Of a DNA stretch of 64,000 nucleotides, positions 9,766 to 18,977 are shown one piece after another. The stretch is from assembly GCA_016212705.1 (NCBI GenBank), contig JACREU010000070.1, forward strand, positions 72,390 through 136,389, in the 5' to 3' direction. The notes under the pieces were generated by a model that saw only the letters and a program-made list of their open reading frames with translations, was not told the DNA's origin and did not search any database. Position numbers and translations under genes: made by a program. Source of the stretch: Deltaproteobacteria bacterium (GTDB taxonomy: Bacteria > Desulfobacterota > GWC2-55-46). Each line of letters begins with the position of its first letter. Within the stretch, counting starts at the first letter, position 1.

Positions 9766-11801
9766 TGTCAAAGGCGCCGCGACTGCACCTTTATACCACG
9801 TTTCACTGCAACCTCGCCTTCTCGACGATTGAGCGCGGGGCCTTCCCTACTGTCATCGAGAGGTGCTACTGGCCAATCCTCCGGCTCGCGGAAGACGGGT
9901 TCCCGGTCGCCATTGAGATGACCGCATGGACCCTTAAGGAGGTCAACGCGCTCGACCCTGGTTTTGTTTCAAGGCTTAAGGAGCTGTGGGATTTGAAGAA
10001 GATCGAGTTCATCGGCTCGGGATTTTCGCAGGCTATCTTCCCGCTCATCCCGACTGAAGTCAACCGATGGAACCTTGAGGCCGGGATGAGGCATTATACG
10101 GAGATACTCGGCAGACGCCCGGAAGTCGCGCTCGTGAACGAGCAGACGTTTTCACGCGGCCTCGTTGACCTTTATAAGGCCGCGGGCTACAAGTCCGTCA
10201 TAATGGACTGGAACAACTCTCATAAATACAATAATTTTCCGAAGGGGCTCGTCTATTTCCCGCAGAGGGCAAAGGGGCTCGCAACCGATATTGAGGTCGT
10301 CTGGAGCCATTCCATCGCCTTCCAGAAGTTCCAGAGGCTCATACACGGCGGCGTATCCACGGAAGAGTACATGGAGTACCTCGCCACGCATTATTCCAAT
10401 AGCGAGGAGAGGTCCTTTGTCCTCTATACCAACGATGCCGAGGTCTTTGATTACAGGCCCGGCAACGAAGAGGTCAAAAAGACCGAGTGGGCGCGCATAC
10501 GCGACCTGCTCTCCCGCATACGAGGGGACGAGAGGTTTACGCTCTCCACGCCCGGGAGGGTGAGCGAGTTTTTCAAGGGTAACCCGAAGGCGGGACACAG
10601 TCTCTCGCTTGAGTCAACGGAGACGCCGGTCGTATGCAAGAAGCAGGACAAATATAACCCCGCTCGCTGGGCCGTAGCCGGGAGGGACAGCGTCCACATC
10701 AACACCGAGTGCTACAGGGTCTACAAAAATATTTCAAGACTGATGGAATCCGGCGCGCTCTCCACGGACGAGGCCGACGAGTACAAGGAGCTGATCTCCG
10801 ACCTCTGGGGGAGTGATTTCAGATCCAATACGATCGACGAGAAGTTTCAGTACTTCCAGAACAGGCTCGGGTGGCTCAAAACCGAGACGGAGCGGCTCCT
10901 CAAGAGGACGCCTGTTATCGCCGGAGGCGCTCCGCCCCCCGCGCTTCAGGCCGGAGAGCCTTTAGTACACGAGGCAGGGAGGCCCTCAAAGAGAGGGGCC
11001 GGGATAACAAGGGCGGAAAACTCGCTTATCATAACGACCGGGACGGTCGAGGCGGAGTTCCTCCCCTCAAGGGGATTCGCCATTAAAAAGGCCGTCTTTC
11101 CCGGGGTCTTCGACAAGCCTCTCATAGGCACTATCCCGCACGGTTACTATGAAGACATAAGGCTCGGCGCAGACTTCTTCACCGGCCACCTTATACACGT
11201 TTCGAGGGACGGGAAGAAGACGACGGACCTTAAACCCGCCACGGCGGATATAACTGAAAACGACGCATCCGTCGTGCTTGAGGCGAAGATGCCTCTGGAC
11301 ATTGGGTTCCTGACGAAGACTTACGAGATATCGAAGACCGAGCCGTCGATATCCCTGAGCCTCAAGCTCAAGGTAAACGGCCTCCTCGCCTCCTCCTTGA
11401 GGCTCGGGATATTCACGTTCTTGCCGGGCTCTTTCGACGCTGATACCCTCTGGTACGAATCTATAAACGGAGGCGCGGGCCCGGAGAGGTTTTCCCTCAA
11501 GGGGAAAACCGTTTCCCATGACGAGCCCGTGAGCCAGGCGGTCTCTGCATCAAGCTGTCTCGGCGCGACCGACGGACGCGTAAGGATAGGGGACTGCCGG
11601 AAGGCCCTGGAGATATCGACGGACAAGTCTAAGCTCTTTTCGGTCCCTATGCTCAGGTACATGGAGCTTGCCGAGGAGGGCAAGTTTTTCCTCCGGCTAC
11701 AGCATTCCGTCGGAGAGGTCGACGACACCGCGTGGTGGGTGTGGCGCGGGGTCAACGAGATAACCTTCAACATAAAGGCCCTCAAAGGGGATGGCAAATG
11801 A
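9765..11801 (+). CDS. Glycoside hydrolase family 57-like protein with C-terminal beta-sandwich
   Basis: FHCNL, IERCYWP, IEFIGSG..QAIFPLIP, NEQ and NDAEVF motifs resembling GH57 conserved regions. Confidence 0.65.
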   Translation: MSKAPRLHLYTTFHCNLAFSTIERGAFPTVIERCYWPILRLAEDGFPVAIEMTAWTLKEVNALDPGFVSRLKELWDLKKIEFIGSGFSQAIFPLIPTEVNRWNLEAGMRHYTEILGRRPEVALVNEQTFSRGLVDLYKAAGYKSVIMDWNNSHKYNNFPKGLVYFPQRAKGLATDIEVVWSHSIAFQKFQRLIHGGVSTEEYMEYLATHYSNSEERSFVLYTNDAEVFDYRPGNEEVKKTEWARIRDLLSRIRGDERFTLSTPGRVSEFFKGNPKAGHSLSLESTETPVVCKKQDKYNPARWAVAGRDSVHINTECYRVYKNISRLMESGALSTDEADEYKELISDLWGSDFRSNTIDEKFQYFQNRLGWLKTETERLLKRTPVIAGGAPPPALQAGEPLVHEAGRPSKRGAGITRAENSLIITTGTVEAEFLPSRGFAIKKAVFPGVFDKPLIGTIPHGYYEDIRLGADFFTGHLIHVSRDGKKTTDLKPATADITENDASVVLEAKMPLDIGFLTKTYEISKTEPSISLSLKLKVNGLLASSLRLGIFTFLPGSFDADTLWYESINGGAGPERFSLKGKTVSHDEPVSQAVSASSCLGATDGRVRIGDCRKALEISTDKSKLFSVPMLRYMELAEEGKFFLRLQHSVGEVDDTAWWVWRGVNEITFNIKALKGDGK

Positions 11802-13705
11802 CGGTATTTGAGAAGAACCGCCGTAAGATAGCCTCAAAAGACCCCGCTGTCTTCGAAAGGCTTGAAAATTGCCGGTCCGTGGAATTAGAAGAGGCGAAGT
11901 CTGGCGGAGCCACCTTCAGATACAAGGGCATATACTTCCACAGCAGATACAACCCCGCAACTGAAGCCGACGTTCAGGCAGTGGAGATGGCGGGCAAAAA
12001 GCCTGATTGGGTATTTCTCTTCGGGCTCGGTTGCGGGCACCTCTTAAGCGCGCTCGTTCGAAAGGGGTTTAAAAAGGTCATCGTCTTCGAGCCGTCAACT
12101 GAGATATTGAAAGGCGCGCTGGAGAATATCGACCTCTCTTCGGTCTTTGACGAGGAGAAGGTCTTTCTGGCGGTAGATATGCACGCGGCGATAGAGAGGC
12201 TCCGCGGTGAGACCGAAGGGTTTGATAATCTCCTTGTCTACTCCACGGCCCCGTACAGGTCCGTCTTCCCGAAAGAGCTCTCTGATTTCACGAACAGGAT
12301 ACACAACGCGCACATTACGAACCAGGTAGGCATAAAAACGGACATGAAGTCCCGGAGCGCCTGGATAGATAACTACCTCTCGAACCTGAAGGCGCTGCCT
12401 TTTGCCCCGCCCATCGATGTCCTACGGGATAAGTTCAAGGGCGTGCCGATGATAATCGCCGGGGCCGGGCCGTCGCTTAGGAAGAACGGAGAGCTCCTCA
12501 GGGAATTCAAGGGCAGGGCGCTTATAGTCGCGGCCATCACCTCGTATAAGCCGCTCTTGAAGCTTGGGGTAGTCCCGGACTTTGTAATAGCCTCCGAGAT
12601 GGTCGACCTCCCCGAGTACTTCACCTTAGGGGAGGACGACAAAAAGACGAGGCTCATCCTGGGGGAGCTTTCGCACCCCGGGATGTTCGGGAGGGATGTA
12701 AAGGGCAAGTTCGTTTTTTTCAGCCCATACCTTGCGTTATCCTCCTCTCATGCCGGGCTCTGGGGGAGCTCGTACTTCCCGGCCATAGGCGGGTCCGTGA
12801 CGACAGCGGCGCTCGACATGGGTATAATGTTCGGTTGTAACCCGATAACCTTCGTCGGGCAGGACCTCTCATTCGGGGAAAACGAGACGCACGCCCCAGG
12901 CGGCGTCTATGTGGCGCAGAACGTGAGGATAGACAAGGAAAACGGGCTGATATCCGTCGAGGACGAGTACATAAACGATAAGCAGACATACACCTACAAG
13001 CTCCAGTGGTTAAAGGGCCTCTCGGGAAAACCAGTGCCTTCGAAGTACGACTGGGCGACCTTCCACCAGTGGTTTGAGAACTACATGCATTATCTTGAAA
13101 AGGAAAGGCCCGGCGTAAGGGTCATAAACGCTACCGAGGGCGGGGCGTACATAGAGGGAATGGAGCATACGACATTAAGGCACGTGCTCGAAACCTGCCT
13201 GAACAGGGAACTGACCCTTGAGGCGACCATCGACGAGGCGGTTGCGTCGAGGCCGAGGATAGACTATACTTCTCTCGAAGCGTCTTTTAGTGATACGGCC
13301 GCGGTCTTGAGCCGGGTCAACAGGCTCGCCGCCTCAATTCTCAAGGAGGCGGCTGAGGCGAAGGGTATCTATACTAAAATGGGGCTCACCTCCGGGCTAA
13401 AGGGGAATGTAGACAGGATCAAGAGGCTTGAGGAATCGATATTCGATGAATCTGACCGCGCCAAGTTCATGTGGGAGGCGCTTATCAATAATACCTATGC
13501 CCTTAAGGAGTACCTCAAAGAGGATACGGACGGCAAGGCAGGAGAGGGCGTCCAATTTCTCCGGGACCTCGAAGCCGTAATCGTATCCTACAAGTCTATG
13601 ACAGAGGTCTGCCGGAGGTTCGCAAAAAGGTTCGAGGAGGCGGCCTCATCCATAAGGGCGGCCCAAGGCAGTGAAGAAAACAGGGGTATTGCCGCCGGGC
13701 TATGA
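11798..13705 (+). CDS. maf: Motility associated factor (Maf/DUF115, MptE-like) flagellin glycosyltransferase
   Basis: HSRYNP, FGLGCGH, IAGAGPSL, GGSV..G...I.FVGQDLSF, INATEGGAYI; lies just upstream of flagellin. Confidence 0.85.
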   Translation: MTVFEKNRRKIASKDPAVFERLENCRSVELEEAKSGGATFRYKGIYFHSRYNPATEADVQAVEMAGKKPDWVFLFGLGCGHLLSALVRKGFKKVIVFEPSTEILKGALENIDLSSVFDEEKVFLAVDMHAAIERLRGETEGFDNLLVYSTAPYRSVFPKELSDFTNRIHNAHITNQVGIKTDMKSRSAWIDNYLSNLKALPFAPPIDVLRDKFKGVPMIIAGAGPSLRKNGELLREFKGRALIVAAITSYKPLLKLGVVPDFVIASEMVDLPEYFTLGEDDKKTRLILGELSHPGMFGRDVKGKFVFFSPYLALSSSHAGLWGSSYFPAIGGSVTTAALDMGIMFGCNPITFVGQDLSFGENETHAPGGVYVAQNVRIDKENGLISVEDEYINDKQTYTYKLQWLKGLSGKPVPSKYDWATFHQWFENYMHYLEKERPGVRVINATEGGAYIEGMEHTTLRHVLETCLNRELTLEATIDEAVASRPRIDYTSLEASFSDTAAVLSRVNRLAASILKEAAEAKGIYTKMGLTSGLKGNVDRIKRLEESIFDESDRAKFMWEALINNTYALKEYLKEDTDGKAGEGVQFLRDLEAVIVSYKSMTEVCRRFAKRFEEAASSIRAAQGSEENRGIAAGL

Positions 13706-13765
13706 CCGGAAGTATGAAGTTTATTTTTAAAGCTCTTGTTTTTAAACGGTTTTCAGGAGATTTGG

Positions 13766-14359
13766 ATGGCCAAGGTCTATCTCGATAACATGCAGATCGA
13801 TTACGAGGACACCGGCAAGGACTCAACGATCCGGGAGCTCGTTAGCGCCCTTGACAAGGAACTATTCTCTCTCAAGCGTTTCATCTTTGAGATAGCCGTG
13901 GACGGGACAGACGCGCCGCACGGATGGAGGGGAGGGGAGTTGTCGGGGAGAAAGCTCTCTGAGTGCGCTGATATCCGGCTTACGACCACATCCGTCGAAG
14001 ACATGGCGATAGTTGGGCTCGATACCGTGCGCGAGTATATAAATGTCATCGGCGAGACGATAGAGGCCTGCGTGAAGGACTTGAGGATCGGGTCTCCTTC
14101 CGCAGAGGTGGCCTTCTCGACGGTATTCGATGGCGTAATTGAGGTGGTAAAGACCATGGACGCCCTCTCACAGGGGACGGTCCGCTATAATATGAAGCTT
14201 TTCAAAAAGAAGCCGGAGGAGTACTACAGCCCCCTCCACCAGAAGCTTGAAACCATTACAAATGTCAGGAAAAGCGGGGACACCGTCCTCCTCGCGGACG
14301 TATTGGAGTATGAGCTCAAGCCTCTTTTGGAGGAGATAAAAGAAGAGGTCTTCCATTAG
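13766..14359 (+). CDS. Hypothetical helical protein of the type found next to maf
   Basis: AGGAG RBS; C-terminal D..LLADVLEYELKP motif. Confidence 0.65.
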   Translation: MAKVYLDNMQIDYEDTGKDSTIRELVSALDKELFSLKRFIFEIAVDGTDAPHGWRGGELSGRKLSECADIRLTTTSVEDMAIVGLDTVREYINVIGETIEACVKDLRIGSPSAEVAFSTVFDGVIEVVKTMDALSQGTVRYNMKLFKKKPEEYYSPLHQKLETITNVRKSGDTVLLADVLEYELKPLLEEIKEEVFH

Positions 14360-14372
14360 GCTAAAAAAAAGT

Positions 14373-14399
14373 TAAAGTAAAAAAACTCACCGCCGATAT
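14373..14399 (+). promoter_or_regulatory. Sigma28 (FliA) promoter of flagellin
   Basis: TAAA-N15-GCCGATAT upstream of fliC. Confidence 0.85.
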
Positions 14400-14478
14400 A
14401 AATATTAAGAGGAGAGAGGCGAGTAAGGCCGAAAAGGAGGGTGGACTTAAGGCCGGCTGAAGACCTCAACACAAAACA

Positions 14479-14492
14479 CGGCAAGGATGCCG
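14479..14492 (+). promoter_or_regulatory. CsrA/RsmA-type binding hairpin in the flagellin leader
   Basis: CGGCA-AGGA-TGCCG stem-loop with GGA in the loop, plus another GGA in the AAGGAGG RBS. Confidence 0.7.
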
Positions 14493-14518
14493 ATGTAAAA
14501 CACTAAGGAGGGTACACC

Positions 14519-15349
14519 ATGTCATTAGTCATCAATACAAACGTCGCCGCACTCGTAGCCCAGCAGAACCTCGCCACTTCGAACTCCCAGCTGAAAGTAA
14601 GCGTACAGAGACTCTCATCCGGCTTCAGGATCAACAGCTCAGCGGACGATGCCGCGGGCCTTGGCCGCGCCGACCAGCTTAAATCACAGTCGAGGATGAT
14701 CCAGGCCTCCATAAGGAACGTCAACGACGGCGTGAGCGCCATGGAAATAAGCGACAAGGTCGCCGAGCAGATCACGAACATCGTCACAAGGATGGGCGAA
14801 CTGGCCGCAAGCGCCGCGCAGGGCACCCTGGACACCACCAACAGGACCTACTACAGCGACGAGTTCGACAAGCTCAAGAGCGAAATCGACAGGATCGCGA
14901 ACACCACCGAGTTCGGCGGCTACAAGCTCATCAACGGCGACACGTCCTATCTTACGATGTACATAGGCTTCAAGAACTCCACGAACGACCAGCTCTCCGT
15001 ATCGCTAAAGGTCTTGACCACCGGCGCCAGCGGCCTTAACCTCTCGAGCGGCATACTCGGCTCCATCACCGGGGCCCTCTCCGCCCTCGATTCCGTCAGC
15101 GCGGCTTTGAAGACCATCAACGACGCAAGAGCCATCTACGGCGCCTCCTCCAACAGGCTGACCGCGGCGCTTTCGAACCTCCAGGTGACCTTCACGAACT
15201 ACCAGGCCGCCGAATCGAGGATAAGGGACGCGGACTTCGCCTACGAGACCGCGCAGTACACAAAGAACCAGATAATGGTCCAGGCCGGCACCTCGGTGCT
15301 CGCCCAGGCCAACACACTGCCGCAGAACGCGCTTTCGCTTCTTAGGTAG
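14519..15349 (+). CDS. fliC: Flagellin (short, 276 aa)
   Basis: INTNVAA, QRLSSGFRINSSADDAAG, SRIRDADFA, VLAQAN C-terminus. Confidence 0.97.
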   Translation: MSLVINTNVAALVAQQNLATSNSQLKVSVQRLSSGFRINSSADDAAGLGRADQLKSQSRMIQASIRNVNDGVSAMEISDKVAEQITNIVTRMGELAASAAQGTLDTTNRTYYSDEFDKLKSEIDRIANTTEFGGYKLINGDTSYLTMYIGFKNSTNDQLSVSLKVLTTGASGLNLSSGILGSITGALSALDSVSAALKTINDARAIYGASSNRLTAALSNLQVTFTNYQAAESRIRDADFAYETAQYTKNQIMVQAGTSVLAQANTLPQNALSLLR

Positions 15350-15370
15350 TCAAAGATTTAAGCCTTGATC

Positions 15371-15397
15371 TGGCGGGGAGGCTCTGCCTCCCCGCCA
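15371..15397 (+). terminator. Strong hairpin after fliC with no U-tract (partial terminator or mRNA-stabilising stem)
   Basis: TGGCGGGGAGGC-tct-GCCTCCCCGCCA. Confidence 0.5.
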
Positions 15398-15413
15398 AGT
15401 CCAGGGAGGGCAT

Positions 15414-15782
15414 ATGAGCATGGAATTCGCGATAAAGGACATTTCAAGGGCCGCAACTGAAAGGCCCGGCGAGGCATCCGGCAAGACCGCCGCCGCTAAA
15501 AAGGCCGAGGTGCGCTCGGGCGTAATCACGGACGCGGCCGAGGCCAAAAAGGACCTGCCCCCGAAGGAAGTCGAGGAGATAGCCTCCGACGTCCAGATCC
15601 ACCTGAAGAGGCTCAACACCGAGCTCAGGTTCGAGGTCGACAATGAATCGGATGAAATGATCATAAAGATCATCGACCCCGAGACCAAGCAGGTGATAAG
15701 GCAGATACCGTCTGAAGAGCTCCTTGCCATAAGGGAGCGGATGAAAGACCTTATAGGGGTCCTTTACAACGCCAGGTCCTGA
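15414..15782 (+). CDS. flaG: Flagellar protein FlaG
   Basis: LRFEVD...IIDPETKQVIRQIPSEE motif; position between fliC and fliD. Confidence 0.92.
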   Translation: MSMEFAIKDISRAATERPGEASGKTAAAKKAEVRSGVITDAAEAKKDLPPKEVEEIASDVQIHLKRLNTELRFEVDNESDEMIIKIIDPETKQVIRQIPSEELLAIRERMKDLIGVLYNARS

Positions 15783-15821
15783 AACGACCGGAGAACTCCA
15801 TCTCCATAGGAGCACCGAGCC

Positions 15822-17150
15822 ATGGCCATTTCCGCGACCTCAGGGGTCGTCAGCAACATAGACTATCAAACTCTCATCTCCCAGCTCGTCGGCATAAGAA
15901 GGCAGTCGATTACACAGCTCTCGGAAGATAAGAAGACTCTCGAGAAGACCAACAGCGCCTACTCCAACCTGAACTCCAAGGTCGACGAGTTAAAGAGCGC
16001 GGCTGACGCCCTCAGGAACATGTCCGCCTTCAAGGTGTTCAAGACGACGGTTAGCGACGAGACGATACTCGGCGGCACTGCGTCATCGACCGCGTCAAAG
16101 GGGAGCTATTCGATCGTTGTCACGAACATCGCCAAGGCGCATAAGATAGCGGCCGACGGGTTTGCCGCCGAGACCTCGACAATCGCGGGGGCGGCGGGCT
16201 CCTTCAAGTTCACGGTAGGCGCGGGGGCCGAGCAGACGGTCGCGGTAGACGCCACGACGACGCTCGCCAATCTCCGGGACTCGATAAACGCGCTCGGCGC
16301 GGGGGTCACGGCCTCGATCGTAAACGACGGAAGCGCTACACCCTACAGGCTGATACTCACGAGCGGATCGACAGGGGCTTCAAACGGCGTCACCGTCACG
16401 CAGAACGACACAACGGTCGCGTTCAACACGACCCTCCAGGCCGCGCAGGACGCCTCGTTCACAGTCGACACCATGTCCTTCACGAGGGCGTCGAACACCA
16501 TCACCGACGTCATAACCGGCGTCACCCTCGATCTTAAAAGCGGGGACGCGGCCAAGACAGTCACGCTCTCCGTGGACAGGGACTCCGACAAGATCGCGGA
16601 AAAGGTCACGGAGCTTCTGGACAAGTACAATTCCGCGGTCTCGTACATAAAGGCGAACAACCGCTACGACAGCGAGACGAAGGTAGCCGGCGCGTTTTTC
16701 GGGGACACCGTGGCCAGGTCCGTATGGGACGACTTGAGAAAGGTCATGTCGGGGGCGGTAGCCGGCCTGCCCGACACGATGAACAGGCTCCTCCACATAG
16801 GCGTCACGAGCAGTACGGACGGCGTATACTCACTCGACTCGTCCAAGCTCAAAACCGCGCTTTCGTCGAGCTTCGACGACGTCGTCGCCCTCTTCGAGGA
16901 CGGGACCACGACCGACGGTTTCGGGGCCCTTATGTACAATGCCACATTTGGCATAACAGACACCGCGGACGGCAGGATAAAGGGAAGGCAGGACGGCCTC
17001 CAGGACAATATTAAAAAAATAGACGACGACATAAGGAACAAGGAGTACACGCTTTCGCTTTACGAGGACCAGCTCCGCGCGCAGTTCATGGGTCTTGAGT
17101 CGATGCTCGCGAGCCTTAAGACCCAGTCCAGCTTCCTTTCGAATTTATAG
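15822..17150 (+). CDS. fliD: Flagellar filament cap protein
   Basis: SGVVSNIDY..LISQL N-terminus, AQDASF, SNTITDVITGVTLDL, coiled-coil C-terminus. Confidence 0.92.
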   Translation: MAISATSGVVSNIDYQTLISQLVGIRRQSITQLSEDKKTLEKTNSAYSNLNSKVDELKSAADALRNMSAFKVFKTTVSDETILGGTASSTASKGSYSIVVTNIAKAHKIAADGFAAETSTIAGAAGSFKFTVGAGAEQTVAVDATTTLANLRDSINALGAGVTASIVNDGSATPYRLILTSGSTGASNGVTVTQNDTTVAFNTTLQAAQDASFTVDTMSFTRASNTITDVITGVTLDLKSGDAAKTVTLSVDRDSDKIAEKVTELLDKYNSAVSYIKANNRYDSETKVAGAFFGDTVARSVWDDLRKVMSGAVAGLPDTMNRLLHIGVTSSTDGVYSLDSSKLKTALSSSFDDVVALFEDGTTTDGFGALMYNATFGITDTADGRIKGRQDGLQDNIKKIDDDIRNKEYTLSLYEDQLRAQFMGLESMLASLKTQSSFLSNL

Positions 17151-17158
17151 GAGATCCC

Positions 17159-17578
17159 ATGAACAGGGTGGCGCAGTACCAGAATATACAGGTGATGACC
17201 GCGGACAAGGTCCGCATAATAATAATGCTCTACGACGGGGTATTGCGTTTCAACAGGTGCGCACAGAAGGCCATAGCAGAGAAGAAAATCGAGTCCCGCA
17301 ACCTCTACATAAACAAGTCGCTGGCGATCATAAGCGAGCTCGCCAACTCCCTCAATATGGAGGAGGGCGGCGAAGTCGCCATGAACCTCGCGAGGCTTTA
17401 CGACTTCGCGCAGTCGAGCCTCACAAAGGCGAACCTCACTAACGACGCGTCCGCCATAGACGGGGTCAACAGGGTGATGGCCGAGCTCAAGGCCGGATGG
17501 GAGGCGATAGCGCACTCTTCGAGCGCCACCGCCGCGGAGCCGAGGCGCGAGGGAGCGGGGGTGAGCTATGGGGGCTGA
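17159..17578 (+). CDS. fliS: Flagellin chaperone
   Basis: IMLYDG, ELANSLN..GGEVA.NL.RLYDF, LKAGWEAI. Confidence 0.92.
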   Translation: MNRVAQYQNIQVMTADKVRIIIMLYDGVLRFNRCAQKAIAEKKIESRNLYINKSLAIISELANSLNMEEGGEVAMNLARLYDFAQSSLTKANLTNDASAIDGVNRVMAELKAGWEAIAHSSSATAAEPRREGAGVSYGG

Positions 17579-17888
17579 GAGGCGCCTCGATATTCTCCGG
17601 GCCGTGCTTGAGGCCTCTGTCCTGCAGAGGAGGCTCTTCGACGAGAGGAGGTTCGAGGAGCTTGTGTTTAAGCAGAAGGAGAGGGAGGCGCTATTCGCCG
17701 AACTCGCAACGCTCGGACCGATGGACGTTGTCCGGAAGGAGGCCGAGGCGCTCGTAAAGGGGATACTGGAGAGCGACAGGGTCCTGACCCTCTCCATGGA
17801 GTCCGCGAAGGCCGATATCGCCGGCAAGCTCGGCAGGATAAGTAAAGGCGCCATAATGATGAAGGCATACGGCTCTGCCAGCCGTTAG
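17568..17888 (+). CDS. fliT: FliT-like flagellar chaperone
   Basis: Helical 106 aa protein after fliS ending in KAYG; call mainly positional. Confidence 0.6.
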   Translation: MGAERRLDILRAVLEASVLQRRLFDERRFEELVFKQKEREALFAELATLGPMDVVRKEAEALVKGILESDRVLTLSMESAKADIAGKLGRISKGAIMMKAYGSASR

Positions 17889-18004
17889 CCAAGACATTTT
17901 TTTGTTGTAATCCGCACTGTTGCATGTTTTTCCTCAGTCCGTTTATTAAGCCGCCGCAATCCGCTAAGCCTTCTTTCCGAACCCCGAAAACACTAAAAAA
18001 AAAC

Positions 18005-18032
18005 TAAAGCAAAAGGCATCTTCCGCCGATAT
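18005..18032 (+). promoter_or_regulatory. Second sigma28 promoter
   Basis: TAAA-N16-GCCGATAT upstream of the 66 aa ORF. Confidence 0.7.
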
Positions 18033-18069
18033 AAGAAGTGACCGTAAATAAAATTGGGGGAGGGGCCAA

Positions 18070-18270
18070 ATGTTAAAGATAGACACGCTCCCGGGACAGA
18101 ACCTGGCGCTCTCAGACAAGTATTCAAACAATAACGCGAGGGGCCGCCAGGAGGACGCAAGGCCCTCCGAGGGGGATTCGGTTGTTATCTCCGAGGAAGG
18201 CAAGAAGAAGCACATCATGGGCCAGCTCATGGCGCGGATATCCGATAATAACGGCGCCAAGAAACCCTGA
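18070..18270 (+). CDS. Small sigma28-dependent hypothetical protein with a D-x-V-x-I-S motif
   Basis: GGGAGG RBS, own sigma28 promoter, DSVVISEEG segment. Confidence 0.65.
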   Translation: MLKIDTLPGQNLALSDKYSNNNARGRQEDARPSEGDSVVISEEGKKKHIMGQLMARISDNNGAKKP

Positions 18271-18280
18271 AAATCGCGTA

Positions 18281-18310
18281 TTGACAGGCGCCGCGCCGCA
18301 ATTGTATATT
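18281..18310 (+). promoter_or_regulatory. Putative sigma70 promoter of the signalling genes
   Basis: TTGACA-N18-TATATT. Confidence 0.45.
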
Positions 18311-18350
18311 TCAACTGCGGCTGTTAACGCACTAAGAAACGGGTCCCACA

Positions 18351-18953
18351 GTGGCGAATGACAACTTCAAGATACTCATAACGGACGACGACGGCGATCT
18401 CCGGGAGCTCTTGACCGAGGCGGTCAAGAACTGGGGCTATACGGTCTCAGTGGCAAAGGACGGGGAAGAGGCCTTGAGGAAGCTCCGCATGGAGAGGTAC
18501 GATATCGTCATCACCGACCTGATGATGCCGGTGATGGACGGGCTCGCGCTCTTGAAAAGGATTAAGGAGCTCGACAGCGAGATACTCGTGATAATCATCA
18601 CGGGATACGCTACGATCGAGACCGCGGTAAAGGCCATCGAGGCCGGCGCCTACGACTACATAGCCAAACCCTTCAGGCTCGACGAGCTGATGATCGTCAT
18701 AAAGAACGCGTGCGAGAGGCTCCGCCTGATGCTCCAGAACAAGGGGCTCCTTGACGAACTCCGGACCGCTTACGGCGAGATATCGGTATTGAAGAACGCG
18801 CTCGCCCAGCAGAACGGCCCGAGGGACCAGAATGATTCAGGCGCGTCCTTCCCGGCCCTGCAGAAGGATGCGCCCCCGCCTCAGAAGCAACAGGAGTACC
18901 TGAAGGAAGCGGACCGCTTCATAAGGACAAAACCGGCGCTCAAGTCGAATTGA
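18351..18953 (+). CDS. Response regulator (REC domain plus coiled-coil tail)
   Basis: ILITDDD, ITDLMMP, TGY, YIAKPF. Confidence 0.88.
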   Translation: MANDNFKILITDDDGDLRELLTEAVKNWGYTVSVAKDGEEALRKLRMERYDIVITDLMMPVMDGLALLKRIKELDSEILVIIITGYATIETAVKAIEAGAYDYIAKPFRLDELMIVIKNACERLRLMLQNKGLLDELRTAYGEISVLKNALAQQNGPRDQNDSGASFPALQKDAPPPQKQQEYLKEADRFIRTKPALKSN

Positions 18954-18977
18954 GAGGGTCGCGTCAGGGAAGACAAG

